This document shows positions 12,996 to 25,861 of a stretch of DNA of 64,000 nucleotides, in pieces. The notes under the pieces are model-generated. The model had not been told where the DNA came from and did not search any database. It worked only from the letters and a program-made list of their open reading frames with translations. A program made the translations under genes and the position numbers. Each line of letters opens with the position of its first letter. Position 1 is the first letter of the stretch. The stretch is from Eledone cirrhosa (taxonomy: Eukaryota): NCBI GenBank assembly GCA_964016885.1, contig OZ024744.1:82274001-82338000 (forward strand), written 5' to 3'.

Positions 12996-13302
12996 AAATA
13001 AGGCTCTTTCATATGCTTATAAGCATACTGATATAACCACGGATGAAATCGTTATAATACTAACAGCCAGAAGAACTCTAATTAACTTCAACAACGAATG
13101 CTTAGAGTGATTGCAATCTACTGTAAAACTCATTCTTTGATATACTCATTGAATCTTGTTTAACTCTTCAGTATATATATATATATTTCAGAAGTTGTGT
13201 TGTGATGTAATCTGGAGAAGGATGGGCTCCGTCAGATTTAACAATGCCAAAGACACACCGTATAACACGACACCGTTCTTAAGACTCCATTATGAGGTAC
13301 TG

Positions 13303-13487
13303 AGGGCGGTGGATTGGCAGTATCGGTAGAGGGTCGGACGCCATGCTTTCCAGCATAGTTACGTCCCTTTACGATCTGAGTTCAAATCCCGCCGAGGTTG
13401 ACTTTGCCTTTCATCCTTACGGGGTCGATAAAATAAAGTACCAGTAATGCACTGGTAATTGCTGGCCTTGTGCCTAAAGTAGAAACA
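13303..13487 (+). mobile_element. Full-length SINE family A with 14-bp TSD
   Basis: ATTATGAGGTACTG at 13289-13302 and 13488-13501. Confidence 0.9.
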
Positions 13488-13552
13488 ATTATGAGGTACT
13501 GGAATAGTGATCAGTGTTAAGAGAATATAAACAAGCGACATTTATTTCAATA

Positions 13553-13652
13553 CAGGGTGTCCCAAACAAATATATACACACTTCAACAGAATTCTAATAA
13601 ATATTGGCTTTACAGGTAATGAAAGTGTGTATACATTTTTGGGGACACCCTA
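13553..13652. mobile_element. Tc1/mariner-type MITE
   Basis: TA|CAGGGTGTCCCAAA ... TTTTGGGGACACCCT|ATA terminal inverted repeats. Confidence 0.65.
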
Positions 13653-13796
13653 TATATATTGTAATCTATACCCAAGAACAGTTTGACGGAAAATTTCATC
13701 AAATTTAGACTAACCTATTCAGACTAAAACAGAATATGATATTGTTATTAAAAAAAAAACTATTCTGTAAGCTACTACGGTTAGCAATTAGAGTTT

Positions 13797-13798
<2 letters not shown>

Positions 13799-13876
<78 letters not shown>

Positions 13877-13890
13877 TTATCTATCTATCT
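13799..13890. repeat. (CTAT)n microsatellite, 5' flank of Tx1 copy 1
   Basis: Direct reading. Confidence 0.95.
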
Positions 13891-14092
13891 TGATAGAGTA
13901 AGACACGCTTCGCATCGGCTCCGCTATTCCATCGGGATTTACCCTTACTATTGTAAGTACCGGATAAATTTTTTAGTGCAACACATTTGGAACACTAACC
14001 CCTGTTATTTAGGGAAACATTTTTGCATTTACCCCCTTTTTAGGGGGTAAAATAAATATCTATTTTTGCCGAAAAATTTCTTTCTTGGCAGC

Positions 14093-15931
14093 ATGGCAGA
14101 AAAGATGGCAGACATGTCTGCCATTAGCTCTGCCACGCCCCCCAAGTCTGAAGAACAAAAAATAATTACAACAAAATTAGACATTGAAACAAACAAACAA
14201 AATGAAAAAACAAATGTTAAGGAAAATGAGCAAACAGAAAACAAACAAACAGAAAATAATACAAATAACGACAGGGCAACTTTCGCCCAGAAAACAAAAC
14301 AATCCATTACATACACACCAATTGACCTAACTGCCGCCAGAGAAAAACTGGCCGAAGCAAAGAAACACATTGTTTTGGGGGAGAACGGAATGTTTTCCAT
14401 TAACTCCCCCCCCAGAATTCAAGAAAGCCAGAGCAGAAAACACAGTTCTATACAGAACTATACTGAACCAAACAAGAAAGCCAGCACAGCCCAGCCAAAT
14501 GGAAATAGAGTTAGTCCTAAAAGACTATATGAAGAATATTCTCTTCATACGAAAGGACCGACTCTATGGCAGCATTTCGGTCCTAACAAGAGACAAAGAA
14601 ACGGCGGAGAAGCTTTCCCTAAGCCCACTCTCGTCGACAACATATAGCTTCTATCCCTCCTACATGGGTAGAAGAACACAGAGAGTAAAAGTAAAAACAA
14701 TGCTGCCCACAATGGACTTCTGGTGGGCTATTGCTGGCTTCATTGATATGGGCGAAGACACTATGCTGTCAATGGGGAAGGCAACTGGAGATGCGTTCCT
14801 GGGAATGGGCCTCGACATACTAGTCCAAATGAGGCCCGAAAGAATAGCACAAATCCCGGATCGCATCTGGCTGGATGACCTTACCCCAATAGACATAATT
14901 GTAGAGGGGAGAAGACCAGCATGCTATTTATGCATGGAAAGGGGACACGTTAAGGCTAACTGCCCGAAACGTATCCCCCAAAAAGGACTATTGCCCACAC
15001 CCACCACAAACAGTACACCAGCACCACCCACCTCCAAAAATACACTAATACCACACACAGCAAACAAAATACAGACACCACCAACCACAAACACAACACA
15101 AACATCACCACCACCAGCACCAAACACAAGCACGACACAAAAATCACCACCACCAACCACAACACAAACATCACCACCACCATCACCAACCACAAGCACG
15201 ACACAAACATTACCACCACCACCACCACAAAACCCATTCCAAACAAATAATAAAAAAAACAGTAACAAATCTACCCCTACCGCAAAAAAACAACAACCAC
15301 ACAACACGTCCCTCCCACCTAGCGCTGAAGAGTTTCCCCCAACTTCTGAAGAAGAAGGAGGAGAAGCCTTCAGACAAGTTAAAAGAAAAAAAGAAAACAC
15401 ACACCCAGCACACCACAAATAACCCACACACAAACACCAACTCCAATCAAAAACACCCCACCCTCAACAAACAAAAATAAATCTGCGCCTCCCCTCTCCG
15501 AAACATTGACAGCATCACAAAAAAAGACGTTGCAATACACATATATAAATAAAGAAAACAAAAAACTGGTTAAATTAATAAACAATAACCCTATGGTGCA
15601 GACCGAAGGGCCAAACTTTATCTCAACAGAGAACTTCACCCATTTAAAAATGATAAAGGTCCCTCTGGACCTTTATCGTTCCTTAAAAGAACAATTTAGA
15701 CGGGACGTGAGCCCCCCCCCCTGTTTAAAACCGTTGAATCGCGTCCTCTTGAAAGATTTCCCCATAACCGCCCCTCTCCCTGACACAACTCCAAATACCC
15801 CAACCCCACCACACACGTGTACCCCCACACCACCACAAAACATCCCTCCACCCAACACACCTGATGCCATGGAAATTACGCAACCCGGAGAGGTAAGTGC
15901 TTTTCTTTCTTCACTTTCAACACCAAAATAG
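14093..15931 (+). CDS. Tx1 ORF1 (gag-like, CYLCMERGHVKANC knuckle), with two frameshifts
   Basis: Joins ORF-track pieces 14066-14647, 14370-15422 and 15506-15931; homologous to ORF1 pieces at 61064-62620. Confidence 0.7.
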
Positions 15932-18900
15932 ATCAATTGAGAGTTGGCTGTTTGAACGCGCGTGGCCTGGGCTCAGCTTGGAAGCAAGCAAAGCTTCTAA
16001 GTGACCTCAGGTCACAAAGTATAGATGTGATGGTTGTTTGCGAGAGTCGGATCAGCAGCGTGAGACAGCTGGCGCCCGCCTTCGATGACTTTGAGATGCA
16101 CGCATCTCTCTGTCAACCCGGAGGCGGGGGGGGGGGGGAGTTGCCGTACTGCTGGATAAACGTCTGACTCTCGACGTACAGATTGTTCACTCGGACCCGG
16201 GGGGTCGATTACTGGTGCTGGACGTCGGAGGCGGTGAAGGCGGGGCTTTCAGACTGGTCGGTCTTTATGCTCCCTTCGGGGCGGAAAGAGCCGACTTCTT
16301 CCAACGTCTGGAGACTTTTCTAGGAACGTCGCGTTCCCTGCTTTTAGTGGGGGACTGGAATGGAATCCTAGATGCGCGTTGGGACTATGCAGGGGCATGT
16401 CCCGATAGAGGGGGGTGTAGCAGCCTCAAGGGGTTACTCGATCGATTCGACCTGGTCGATAGATTTCGACTAGATTGTCCAACTGCGCCAACCTGGACCT
16501 GGGCAAACCGCAGTGGACAATCTAGATCGTACCTAGATAGGTTTTTGGTTAGGAGTAAGGATAGGGACGTATTTAGTTGTCCAGAACTGATCATGGTTGG
16601 CTATTCAGATCACAAATTAGTGACCTGCGTGGTCAACCTTGATAGAACGCATAGACAGGGTCCCGGTTACTGGAAGATGAACTTGTCCTTACCGACAAAG
16701 AAAGATTACAGAAACCGGATTAGTAGCTTAGTTAAGATGCGGTTGACGGGAGCGATCGTCAACAGCAGGTGGTGGATATCTCTAAAGAGAGAGATTAGAG
16801 TAAGTTCGATAGGTTACAGTAAGGAACTAGCGGCGAATAGAAATAGGAGGGAAAGGGAGTTAACAGATAAACTAGAAGAGGCGATTAGGAGCGGAGACGT
16901 AGCCAGAGTGTTAGCGACGAGAACGGCATTGAGCCAGTTCTTTGACGCGAAGCACGAAGGCTGCGTTGTCCGAAGTAAAATACGTGCTTTAGGAAACGAG
17001 GGGACCAAAGCTGTTAGCTGGGCCCGCGTGACAGAAGCCAAGAGTGGGATTAAATCCACCATTCGGTCTTTGCGAGACCATGATGGACGGGTGATCCTTG
17101 AACCTGAGCGAATGTGCGAGACCTTTCAAAGGCACTTTGCTCGACTGTTCGGAGGTGGCGGGGGGCCGGACGGGGATGTGGACTTCGGTCCATACCTCGA
17201 CGGTCTACCGCGTCTTTCGAGCGGCGAAGCGGAGTGCTGCGAAAGGCCAATCACAGCCACTGAAATCGGGGAAGCGCTCAGCCAATGCAGCAGACGCAAA
17301 TCCCCGGGTCTCGATGGTCTACCATACGAACTTTATTTAGCTATGCCGGTCTTGTTCTCCGAACTCCTCGAGGCTGTCTATTGCAACTGGCAACAGAACG
17401 GGAGAATTCCCTGTTCTGTGACCAAGGGCGTGGTCACGCTAGTGAGGAAGGACGAGAGCAAGGGGGACGACTTAAGTAACTTTAGGCCCATAACTCTGCT
17501 GAATGCAGAGTTACAGATTTTGGCCAAGGTGTTGGCGAAGAGGTTGGCGCTTGTGGTGGGTGGTTTGGTGGGAGACGCGCAGACATGCGCTATCCCGTCC
17601 AGGTCCATTCACGACAACCTCCACCTCATGCGATACATCATAGACAGGGTTGGCTACGAACCCGGCTTTGGTGGGGCCCTGATCAACTTGGATCAATCTA
17701 AGGCGTTCGATAGGGTCGACCATGGTTACCTGGATGCGGTGCTAGCGGCGGCGGGCTTCGGACCCGTTTTCAGGGGCTGGATTTCTGCCATGCACAGTGG
17801 CAACATCTACTCTAGGATTAAAGTAAACGGCTACCTCTCGGAGCCGTTTCAAATCACCCGATCCATCAGACAGGGGTGCCCCCTCTCCTCCCTTCTGTAC
17901 GTATTGACTCTCGAGCCACTGCTGCGGAAGTTGGAGTTGCTGCGGGGCATACCCCTGGAACCGGGATTGCACAAAGCGGTCTCGGCCTATGCCGACGACG
18001 TAACAGTAATGGTGGCGGACGCCTCGGAAATCGGGGCGATCGCCACCCTACTGGAGGAATACGAAAGGCTGACGGGGGCTAAGCTGCACCAGGACAAGTC
18101 AGTCGGTTTGCAACTCGGAACGTGGAGGGGCAAACCGATGCCGTTAGACGGTGTCGTCGGGCGGTGGACGGAGGGCCCGGTGAAGCTGCTCGGGGTCTGG
18201 TTCGGACCGGACCTCCAGGTGGAGAAGAATTGGGGCGAGGTGACGAGCAGGGTGTTTGCGCTGACCCAGAAGTGGGCCAAGTGCAAACTATCACTGAAAG
18301 GTCGGGCGGAGGTGACGAACGCTTACATAGCGTCCGTCATCTACTACCGCCTGACCGTCGTGCCTTGCCCCAAGGAAAAGCTCACCATCATGGAACGCAT
18401 GCTCTTCCAGTTCCTCTGGAAGAAGCGGCCTCCCATGGTGAGGAGATCCATCTGCTGCCAGCACCCTTCGAAAGGAGGGCTGGGTATGCCGTGGCTGTTG
18501 ATGCGTAGGCACGCATTGAGGCTACGGCATCTACAGGTATTCCTCAACGGTCAGCCGGTGTGGGCCCCGTTTGTGAGGCGAGCCTTCCCACAGCTCGTCT
18601 CGCTCACCGAGCTGCAATCCTGGGTGAAGCAAAGACCGAGAAAACTGGGCAACTGGCACACTGAGTGTGCCCAGGCGCTCACGGCTATCTGGCAAGCGGA
18701 CCCGACTATCAGTGGAGAATCCACCTCGACATTCTATAGAGGGTTGGTGGCTAGCAGGGGCGACGACACCCTTGGAGAGTCGCTAGGCATGGAGGAAGAC
18801 GAACTGGCCAGCCTGTTCGGTAGAACTTTCGGCCCGGGACCCATGGACAACTTCCAGAGGTCCCTAGCCTGGCAGTGTTACCGGGGGGATCTGCCCGTTC

Positions 18901-19370
18901 GAGAAAAGCTCTACAGACACGGGCGCCCGGGCAGGGATCCCGCGAAAAAGATCTGTCCCAGATGCGTGCGCGACGAGGAAACCGTTGCGCATGCACTGGT
19001 ACACTGCCCGGGCGTTGCCGATCTGTGGGGCTACGTCGAACGACTGCTGTCGCGTGTGGCGCCGATTCGATTAACCGCCGAGTCTGTAGTGAACATCAAG
19101 CCGCCTCCTCCCTTCAGAAATGAAGCAGAGGCGGTCTTTCTGTGCGTAATAGCCATGATGAAAGAGGTTGTGTGGTGGACGCGCCTGAAAGGTCTGAGGT
19201 CGGGTGACTTTCTCTCCGGCCATCACCTGGTTTACTTCTTCCGATACCACTTCGGAAGAAGAATCAGGATGGAGAGAGAAGTGCTTGGTCCCAGACAGTT
19301 TTATGAAAGGTGGGTAAAAGAAGCGAGAATGGCCCGTGTAAATGGGCCTTCTCTCTACATTGTTCTGTAG
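15928..19370 (+). CDS. Tx1 ORF2: AP-endonuclease + reverse transcriptase, one frameshift in the G13 run at 16126-16138
   Basis: LNARGL, GDWN, YLDRF, SDH (APE); KSPGLDG, FRPITLLN, KAFDRV, QGCPLS, YADD (RT); CPRC..ETVAHALVHC. Confidence 0.9.
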
Positions 19371-19655
19371 GTGAAGAAGTGAAGAGGAAAGGGGGAGCGC
19401 CTCCTCTCTGGGCTTCCCCCGCGAAAAGAGTTGCACACTTTTCGGGGGTATGTGCAATCCCCAACACGCCCCCTCCCTTTTGAGGACTTTTTATTGTTAT
19501 ATTATTATTGTTATTCCTTTTTTCTTTACTCGATTTATGTAAACTCCCCCACTGTGTAAATGTCCCCTTCTTTTGTGCCCTCGTGGCAAATAAATAGAAA
19601 TTTATCTATCTATCTATCTATCTATTCTTGTTGCGCCCTTGTGGCTAATAAAGAA

Positions 19656-19741
<86 letters not shown>

Positions 19742-19742
<1 letters not shown>

Positions 19743-22700
19743 ACCACCCCACCCAACAACCCATCCCCCACCCTCATGGAAATTGTGCAGCCCGATACCC
19801 GGGACGCAGAGAGGTAAGTGCCTTTTCTCTTCACCACCAACATGGCTATGCTAAGAGTAGGCTGTTTAAATGCGCGTGGCCTGGGCTCAACTTGGAAGCA
19901 ATCAATGCTTCTAAATGACCTCAGGTCACAACGTATAGATGTGATGGTTATTTGCGAGGCCCGGATCAGAAACGTGCGACAGCTGGCCCCCACCTTTGAT
20001 GACTTTGAGATGCACGCATCTCTCTGTCAGCCCGGAGGTGGGGGTGCGGTTGTCGTTCTGCTGCAAAAACATCTGGGTCTCGCAACACAGATGGTACATT
20101 TGGACCCGGAGGGTCGACTAGTGGTTCTGGACCTTGGCAGTGGTGAAGGCGGAGCGTTTAGGTTGGTAGCCGCCTACGGCCCTTTCGGGTTAATGCGGCC
20201 GGACTTCTTCCATCGTCTGGAGACTTTTCTAGGGACGTCCCGCTCCTTGCTATTAGTGGGGGACTGGAATGGTATCCTAGATGCACGCTGGGACTACGTA
20301 GGGGCCTGTCCCGATAGAGAGGGGTGCAATAGCCTCAAAGGGTTAATCGGTCGATTTGACCTGGCCGATAGATATCGACTAGATTTTCGGACTGCGCCAA
20401 CCTGGACTTGGGCAAATCGTAGCGGATCATCTAGGTCGTACCTAGATAGGTTCTTAGTTAGAATTAAGGATAGGGACTTTTTAAGTTGTCCAAAAATGCG
20501 CATGGTTGGCTATTCAGACCACAAGTTAGTGACCTGCATGGTAAACCTTGACAGAACTCATAGACAGGGACCCGGTTACTGGAAGCTTAACTTGTCCTTA
20601 CCGGCAAGTAAGGCTTACAGGGACCGGATTAGCACTTTAGTTAAGGAGCGGTTGACGGGCGCCATCGTCAACAGCAGGTGGTGGGGATCTCTCAAAAGAG
20701 AGATTAGAGTAGTCTCTATAGAATTTAGTAAGGAGTTAGCCTCTAATAGAAACAGGAAGGAAAGGGAGTTGGTAGATAGTGTAGAAGAGGCAATTAGAAG
20801 CGGCGACGTGGCCAGAGTGCTAGCGTCGAGAACCGCCCTGGACCAGTTCTTCGACGCGAAACACGAAGGCTGCATCGTCCGAAGCAAAGTACGTGCTCTG
20901 GGAAACGAGGGGACCAAAGCTGTTAGCTGGGCCCGCGTGACAGAAGCCAAAAGAGGGAGCAGATCCACTATCCGGTCTTTGCGAGACCAGGATGGACGGG
21001 TGATCCTTGAACCTAAGCAGATGTGCGAGGCTTTTCAAAAGCACTTTGCCGGATTGTTCGGAAGGGGCGGGGGCCGGTTGGGGATGTGGATTTCGGTCCA
21101 TACCTCGACGGCTTACCGCGTCTCTCGGACAGGGAGGCGAAGTCCTGCGAGGAGCCGATTTCAGCCGCTGAGATAGAGGACGTGCTGAGCCAATGCGGCA
21201 AACGCAAATCCCGGGTCTCGATGGTCTTCCATACGAACTATATCTAGCTATGCCGGACTTGTTCCCCGATCTCCTCGAGGCGGTCTACTGCAACTGGCAA
21301 CAGAACGGGAGAATTCCCTGTGCTGTGACCAAGGGTGTAGTCACACTAGTGAGGAAGGACGAGAACAAGGGGGACGATATAAATAATTTCAGGCCCATAA
21401 CTCTGCTAAATACAGAGTTACAGATTTTGGCCAAGGTGCTAGCAAAGAGGTTGGCGCTTGTCGTGGGCAACCTGGTGGGAGATGCGCAGACATGTGCTAT
21501 CCCGTCCAAGTCCATCCACGACAACCTCCAACTCATGCGATACATCATAGAGAGGGTTGGGAACGAACCCGGCTTTGGTGGGGCCCTGATCAACTTGGAT
21601 CAATCTAAGGCATTCGATAGGGTCGACCATGGTTACCTGGATGCGGTGCGAGCGGCGGCAGGCTTCGGACCCGTTTTCAGGGGCTGGATCAATGCCATGC
21701 ACAGCAGCCGCATCTGATCTAGGGTCAAGGTGAACGGCTACCTCTGGGAGCCGTTCTAAATCGCGCGGTCCATCCGACAGGTGTGCCCTCTCTCCTCCCT
21801 TCTGTATGTAATGACTCTAGAGCCACTGCTGTGGAAGTTGGAGTTGTTGCTGGGCATCCCGTTGGAACCGGGGTTGCGGAAAGCGGTGTCGGCCTACGCC
21901 GACGACGTAACAGTAATGGTGTCTACGGCCTCGGAAATTGGGGCGATCGGCACCTTACTGGAGGAGTAAGAAAGGTTTACAGGGGTTAAGCTGAACCGGG
22001 ACAAGTCGATCGGTCTGCAACTCGGCACGTGGAGGGGCAGATCGATGCCCTCCGTCGGGCGCTGGACGGAGGGCCCGGTGAAGTTGCTCGGGGTCTGGTT
22101 CGGACCAGACCTCCAGGTGGAGAAGAACTGGGGTGAGATAACGAACAGGGTGTTTGCACTGACCCAGAAGTGGGCCGAGTGCAAACTGTCCCTGAAAGGT
22201 CGGGCGGAGGTGCCGAACACTTATATAGCGTCCGTCATCTACTACCGCCTGACCGTTGTGCCTTGCCCAAGGGAAACGCTCGCCAAAATGGAGCGCGCAC
22301 TCTTCCAATTCCTTTGGAAGTAGCGGGCTCCTATGGTGAGGAGATCCATCTGCTGTCAACACCCTTCGAAAGGAGGGCTGGGGATGCCGTGGCTAATGAT
22401 ACGTAAACACGCATTAAGACTACGGCACCTCCAGGTATTCCTCTCCGGCAACCGGTGTGGGCCCCGTTTGTGAGGCGAGCCTTTCCCAGACTCGTCTCAC
22501 TCACCGAGCTGCAATCCTGGGTCAAGCAAAGACCAAGAAAACTGGGCGCCTGGCAGACCGAGTCTGCCCAGGCGCTCACGGCTCTCTGGCAGGCGGACCC
22601 GACTGTCAGTGGAGAATCCACCTCGTCATTCTATAGAGGACTGGTGGTTAGCAGGTGCGACGACACCCTCGGAGAAACCCTAGGCATGGAGGAAGACGAA

Positions 22701-23530
22701 CTGGCCAACCTGTTCGGTAGGACATTCAGCCCGGGACCCATGGATAACTTGCAGAGGTGCCTGGCCTGGAAATGCTACAGAAGGTCTCTGCCCGTTCGAG
22801 AAAGGCTCTACAGACACGGGTGCCCGGGTAGGGACCCCTTGAAAAAGATCTGTCCCAGATGCGTGTGCGACGAGGAAACCGTTGCACACGCATTGGTACA
22901 CTGCCCGGGCATTGCTGATCTGTGGGGCTATGTCGAACAACTGCTCTCAAGGGTGGGACCGATCCAGTTGACCACCGAGTCTATTGTAACGCTCAAGCCG
23001 GCTCCCCTCTTCAAAAACGAAGGAGAGGCGGTGTTTCTGTGCGTAATAGCTATGGTGAAGGAGGTTGTATGGTCGACGCGTCTGAAAGGACTGAGGTCAG
23101 ACACCTTTCTCTCTGGCCAACAACTGGTCCGTTTCTTCCGATATCATTTCGGAAGAAGGATCAGGATGGAGAGAGAGAGGTGCTGCACCCCAGCCGTTTT
23201 TATGAAAGATGGATGAAAGTGGCGAAAATGGCCCGTGTGAATGGGCCTTCACTCTACATCAGACTATAGGTGAGGAAGATGAAAGACCAAGGGAGCACCC
23301 CTTCTCTGTGCTCCTGAGGAAAAGGGTTACACACTTTTTTCGGGGGTGTGTGCGACCCCCAAGGCGCCTCCTCTCTATTGAGGATTTTGTTATATATTTT
23401 ATTCTGTTATATTTTATTTTATTTTTATATTTTGTTATTGCCTCCTCCTTATTGAGGACGCCTTGTTTTGTAAACTCCCCCCTTTGTACTTGTCCCACTT
23501 TTGATGCCCTGGTGGCAAATAAAAGAAACA
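19742..23530 (+). mobile_element. 5'-truncated Tx1 LINE, copy 2, with disrupted ORF2
   Basis: Homologous to copy 1 with several stops and frameshifts; flanked by (CTAT)n. Confidence 0.9.
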
Positions 23531-23660
23531 TATCTATCTATCTATCTATGAATGTATATATATATATAAATATATATATAGAGAGAGAGAGAAAAAGAGA
23601 TGAAATCGAAAATGCAACTGGAGTCTTATTTTTAAAAAAAATATATATATTTATTTGGTT

Positions 23661-23698
23661 CCTTTACCGGTTTCGCAGTTCTTCTGCTTTTCAAAAGG
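23661..23698 (-). ncRNA. Minimal HHR with U3-A8 core variant
   Basis: CCTT-TTGAAAA-GCAG-aagaa-CTGC-GAAA-CCGG-TA-AAGG. Confidence 0.65.
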
Positions 23699-24581
23699 TG
23701 AGTTGAGATGGAGGGTCTGGTTTTTCTCACATCTGGTTGGTCTCTGAATGTTACTTGTTTTATATGGAAAAAGTGGTTCGAAATGCCAGGTTTTTCGAGA
23801 AGTAATTTGATTGGTTTGTCAATAATTATAATAAATTTCGCGCCAGTTCGCGTTACAATAGTTCTTCAAATAAGAGTAGAGGGTTGTCACAGGTTGTTTT
23901 TTCATATATGAGTGTTTGAATTTCTTTTTACTTGAAAAAAGGGGCTCACGAAGGCTTTTTTTTAGTTGGTTATAAATGAAATTATGGCTGTCACGTGAAC
24001 AAGTTTTCATTAAATTTCCGTGCCCTTATTTGGAAATCCATTCTGTAGCCTTTTTAGAGAATTTTATGATAAGTGAAAGATAATGGTCAAGAGAAAGGGA
24101 TGGGAGAATTGTTCTGGTTCAGTGAATATGGTTAGTTCGCTGGGGTGTCAGAATTCAGATTTTCTATTGAATAAAGACAGTAAAGATATGTATGTTTATT
24201 TGTGTGCTTGTGTGTGTGTGCGTGTGTGTGTGTGTGTGTTGTGTGTGTGTTGTGTGTGTGTGTGTTTGAATTTCTTTACTTAACAAAAAAGGTGGCTCAC
24301 GAAGGCTTTTTTTTAATAAACGTGATTTGATTGGTTATAAATGAAACTTGGCTGTCACGTGGACAAGTTTTCATTACATTTTTGCGCCCTTATTTGGAAA
24401 TCTATTCTGTAGCCTTTATAGAGAATGTTATGACAATGGAAAGATAGTGGTCAAGAGAAATGGGATTGGGAGAATTGTTCTGGTTCAGTGAATATGGTTA
24501 GTTCGCTGGGGTGTCAGAGTTCAGATTTTCTATTGAAGTAAAGATATGTATGTTTATTTGTGTGCTTGTGTGTGTGTGTGC

Positions 24582-24640
<59 letters not shown>

Positions 24641-25131
24641 TGTGTGTGTGTGTGTGTGTGTGTATTGGAAGATGATTATATTAGTAGAAATGGGGAAGGT
24701 AGTTGTGTGTGTATATGGGTGTTATGTGTGTGTGCGAGTATGTTAAGATGGAGAGAATATATATTTTGTGTGTGGGTATATATGTGTGTAGGAAAGTGGT
24801 TCTATTAGTAGAAATGGGGGAGGGGAGTTGTGGGTGTGGGGGTTGTTATGTGTGTGTATGGGTGTTATGTGTGTGGGAGTATGGTTAGCATGTTAAGATG
24901 AAGAGAATATATATATATATATATTGTGTGTGTGTGTGTGTGTAGGAAAATGATTCCTTTAGTAGGAATATTTTTGAGTGAACATATTTTCCTTACTTAT
25001 TCGTATTTGTTCTGTTGTATTGTCAGTGCAAACGTATGTTAAGGTTTATTTAGTTCGGGTTTTTATTTTCTAAAGTAGAAGGTGTTATGTGTGTGTGTGT
25101 ATGTCATATTATGGTGTTGACATAATGTATA

Positions 25132-25655
25132 TTAAACCATATTTAATGTTGGTCTATATTTTTGAATAAACATATTTTCCTTATTTATTCGTATTTGTTC
25201 TGTTGTATTGTTAGCGCAAAGGTAAAATGGGAAGACTTGGAATTTCGGTGTCTTATTACTTGCGCAAATGTCTAGATGTGCACTTTGTGGTATCTGTCTC
25301 GTGGCTGCATCTCGTAATTGTTGGCGATGAACTGTCATTCTGTTTCTGAGTGTGAGTTTAGTTTGTCCTATATAATCTTCATTGCATCCTTTACATTTAA
25401 TGGCATAAAGTAGATTTTTTGATGAGCAAGTGAAGTGATTTTTTACAGCAAAATTTTGTCCTGATTGAAATGTATACGTGTTGCCTTCAATGAGGTGAGT
25501 GCAGGTTCCACAATTAGAGCGACCATATTATTCGACAGTTGGTTGTGGGTTTGTGGTAGGTAATTTGGCATTGGTGAGTAATGTTTTCAGTGATTTCGGT
25601 TGTCTTTTGCTTTTGATTATTTTGTGTGTTTCAAGGGCTTTTTTCATTCTTGGGT
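25132..25655 (-). pseudogene. PLE GIY-YIG endonuclease fragment
   Basis: Manual translation upstream of ORF 25132-25338; in-frame stop near 25529. Confidence 0.8.
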
Positions 25656-25784
25656 TTTCCTACACACATATACACACACACACAAAATATATATTCTCTT
25701 CATCTTAACATACTCGCACACACACATAACACCCATATACACACACAATTCCCTCCCCCATTTCTACTAATAGAATCATCTTCC

Positions 25785-25861
<77 letters not shown>

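Larger units (their letters stand above)
10100..13100 (-). mobile_element. 5'-truncated, degraded Naiad-like Penelope-like element with a short 5' inversion
   Basis: RT fragments (MGASDSAQITDL, GGLYRDD); CxCx5C (CNCRNKTDC) before GIY-YIG (VYKC..YIGST..FKARFANH); C-terminal CALC..LINKKSEL..CLH; 3' HHR; 13070-13100 inverts 12968-12992. Confidence 0.8.
13891..19602 (+). mobile_element. Near full-length Tx1-clade (L1 group) LINE, copy 1
   Basis: ORF1 with CCHC knuckle, ORF2 with APE + RT + C-terminal CxxC..H..C, 3' AATAAA, flanked by (CTAT)n on both sides. Confidence 0.9.
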
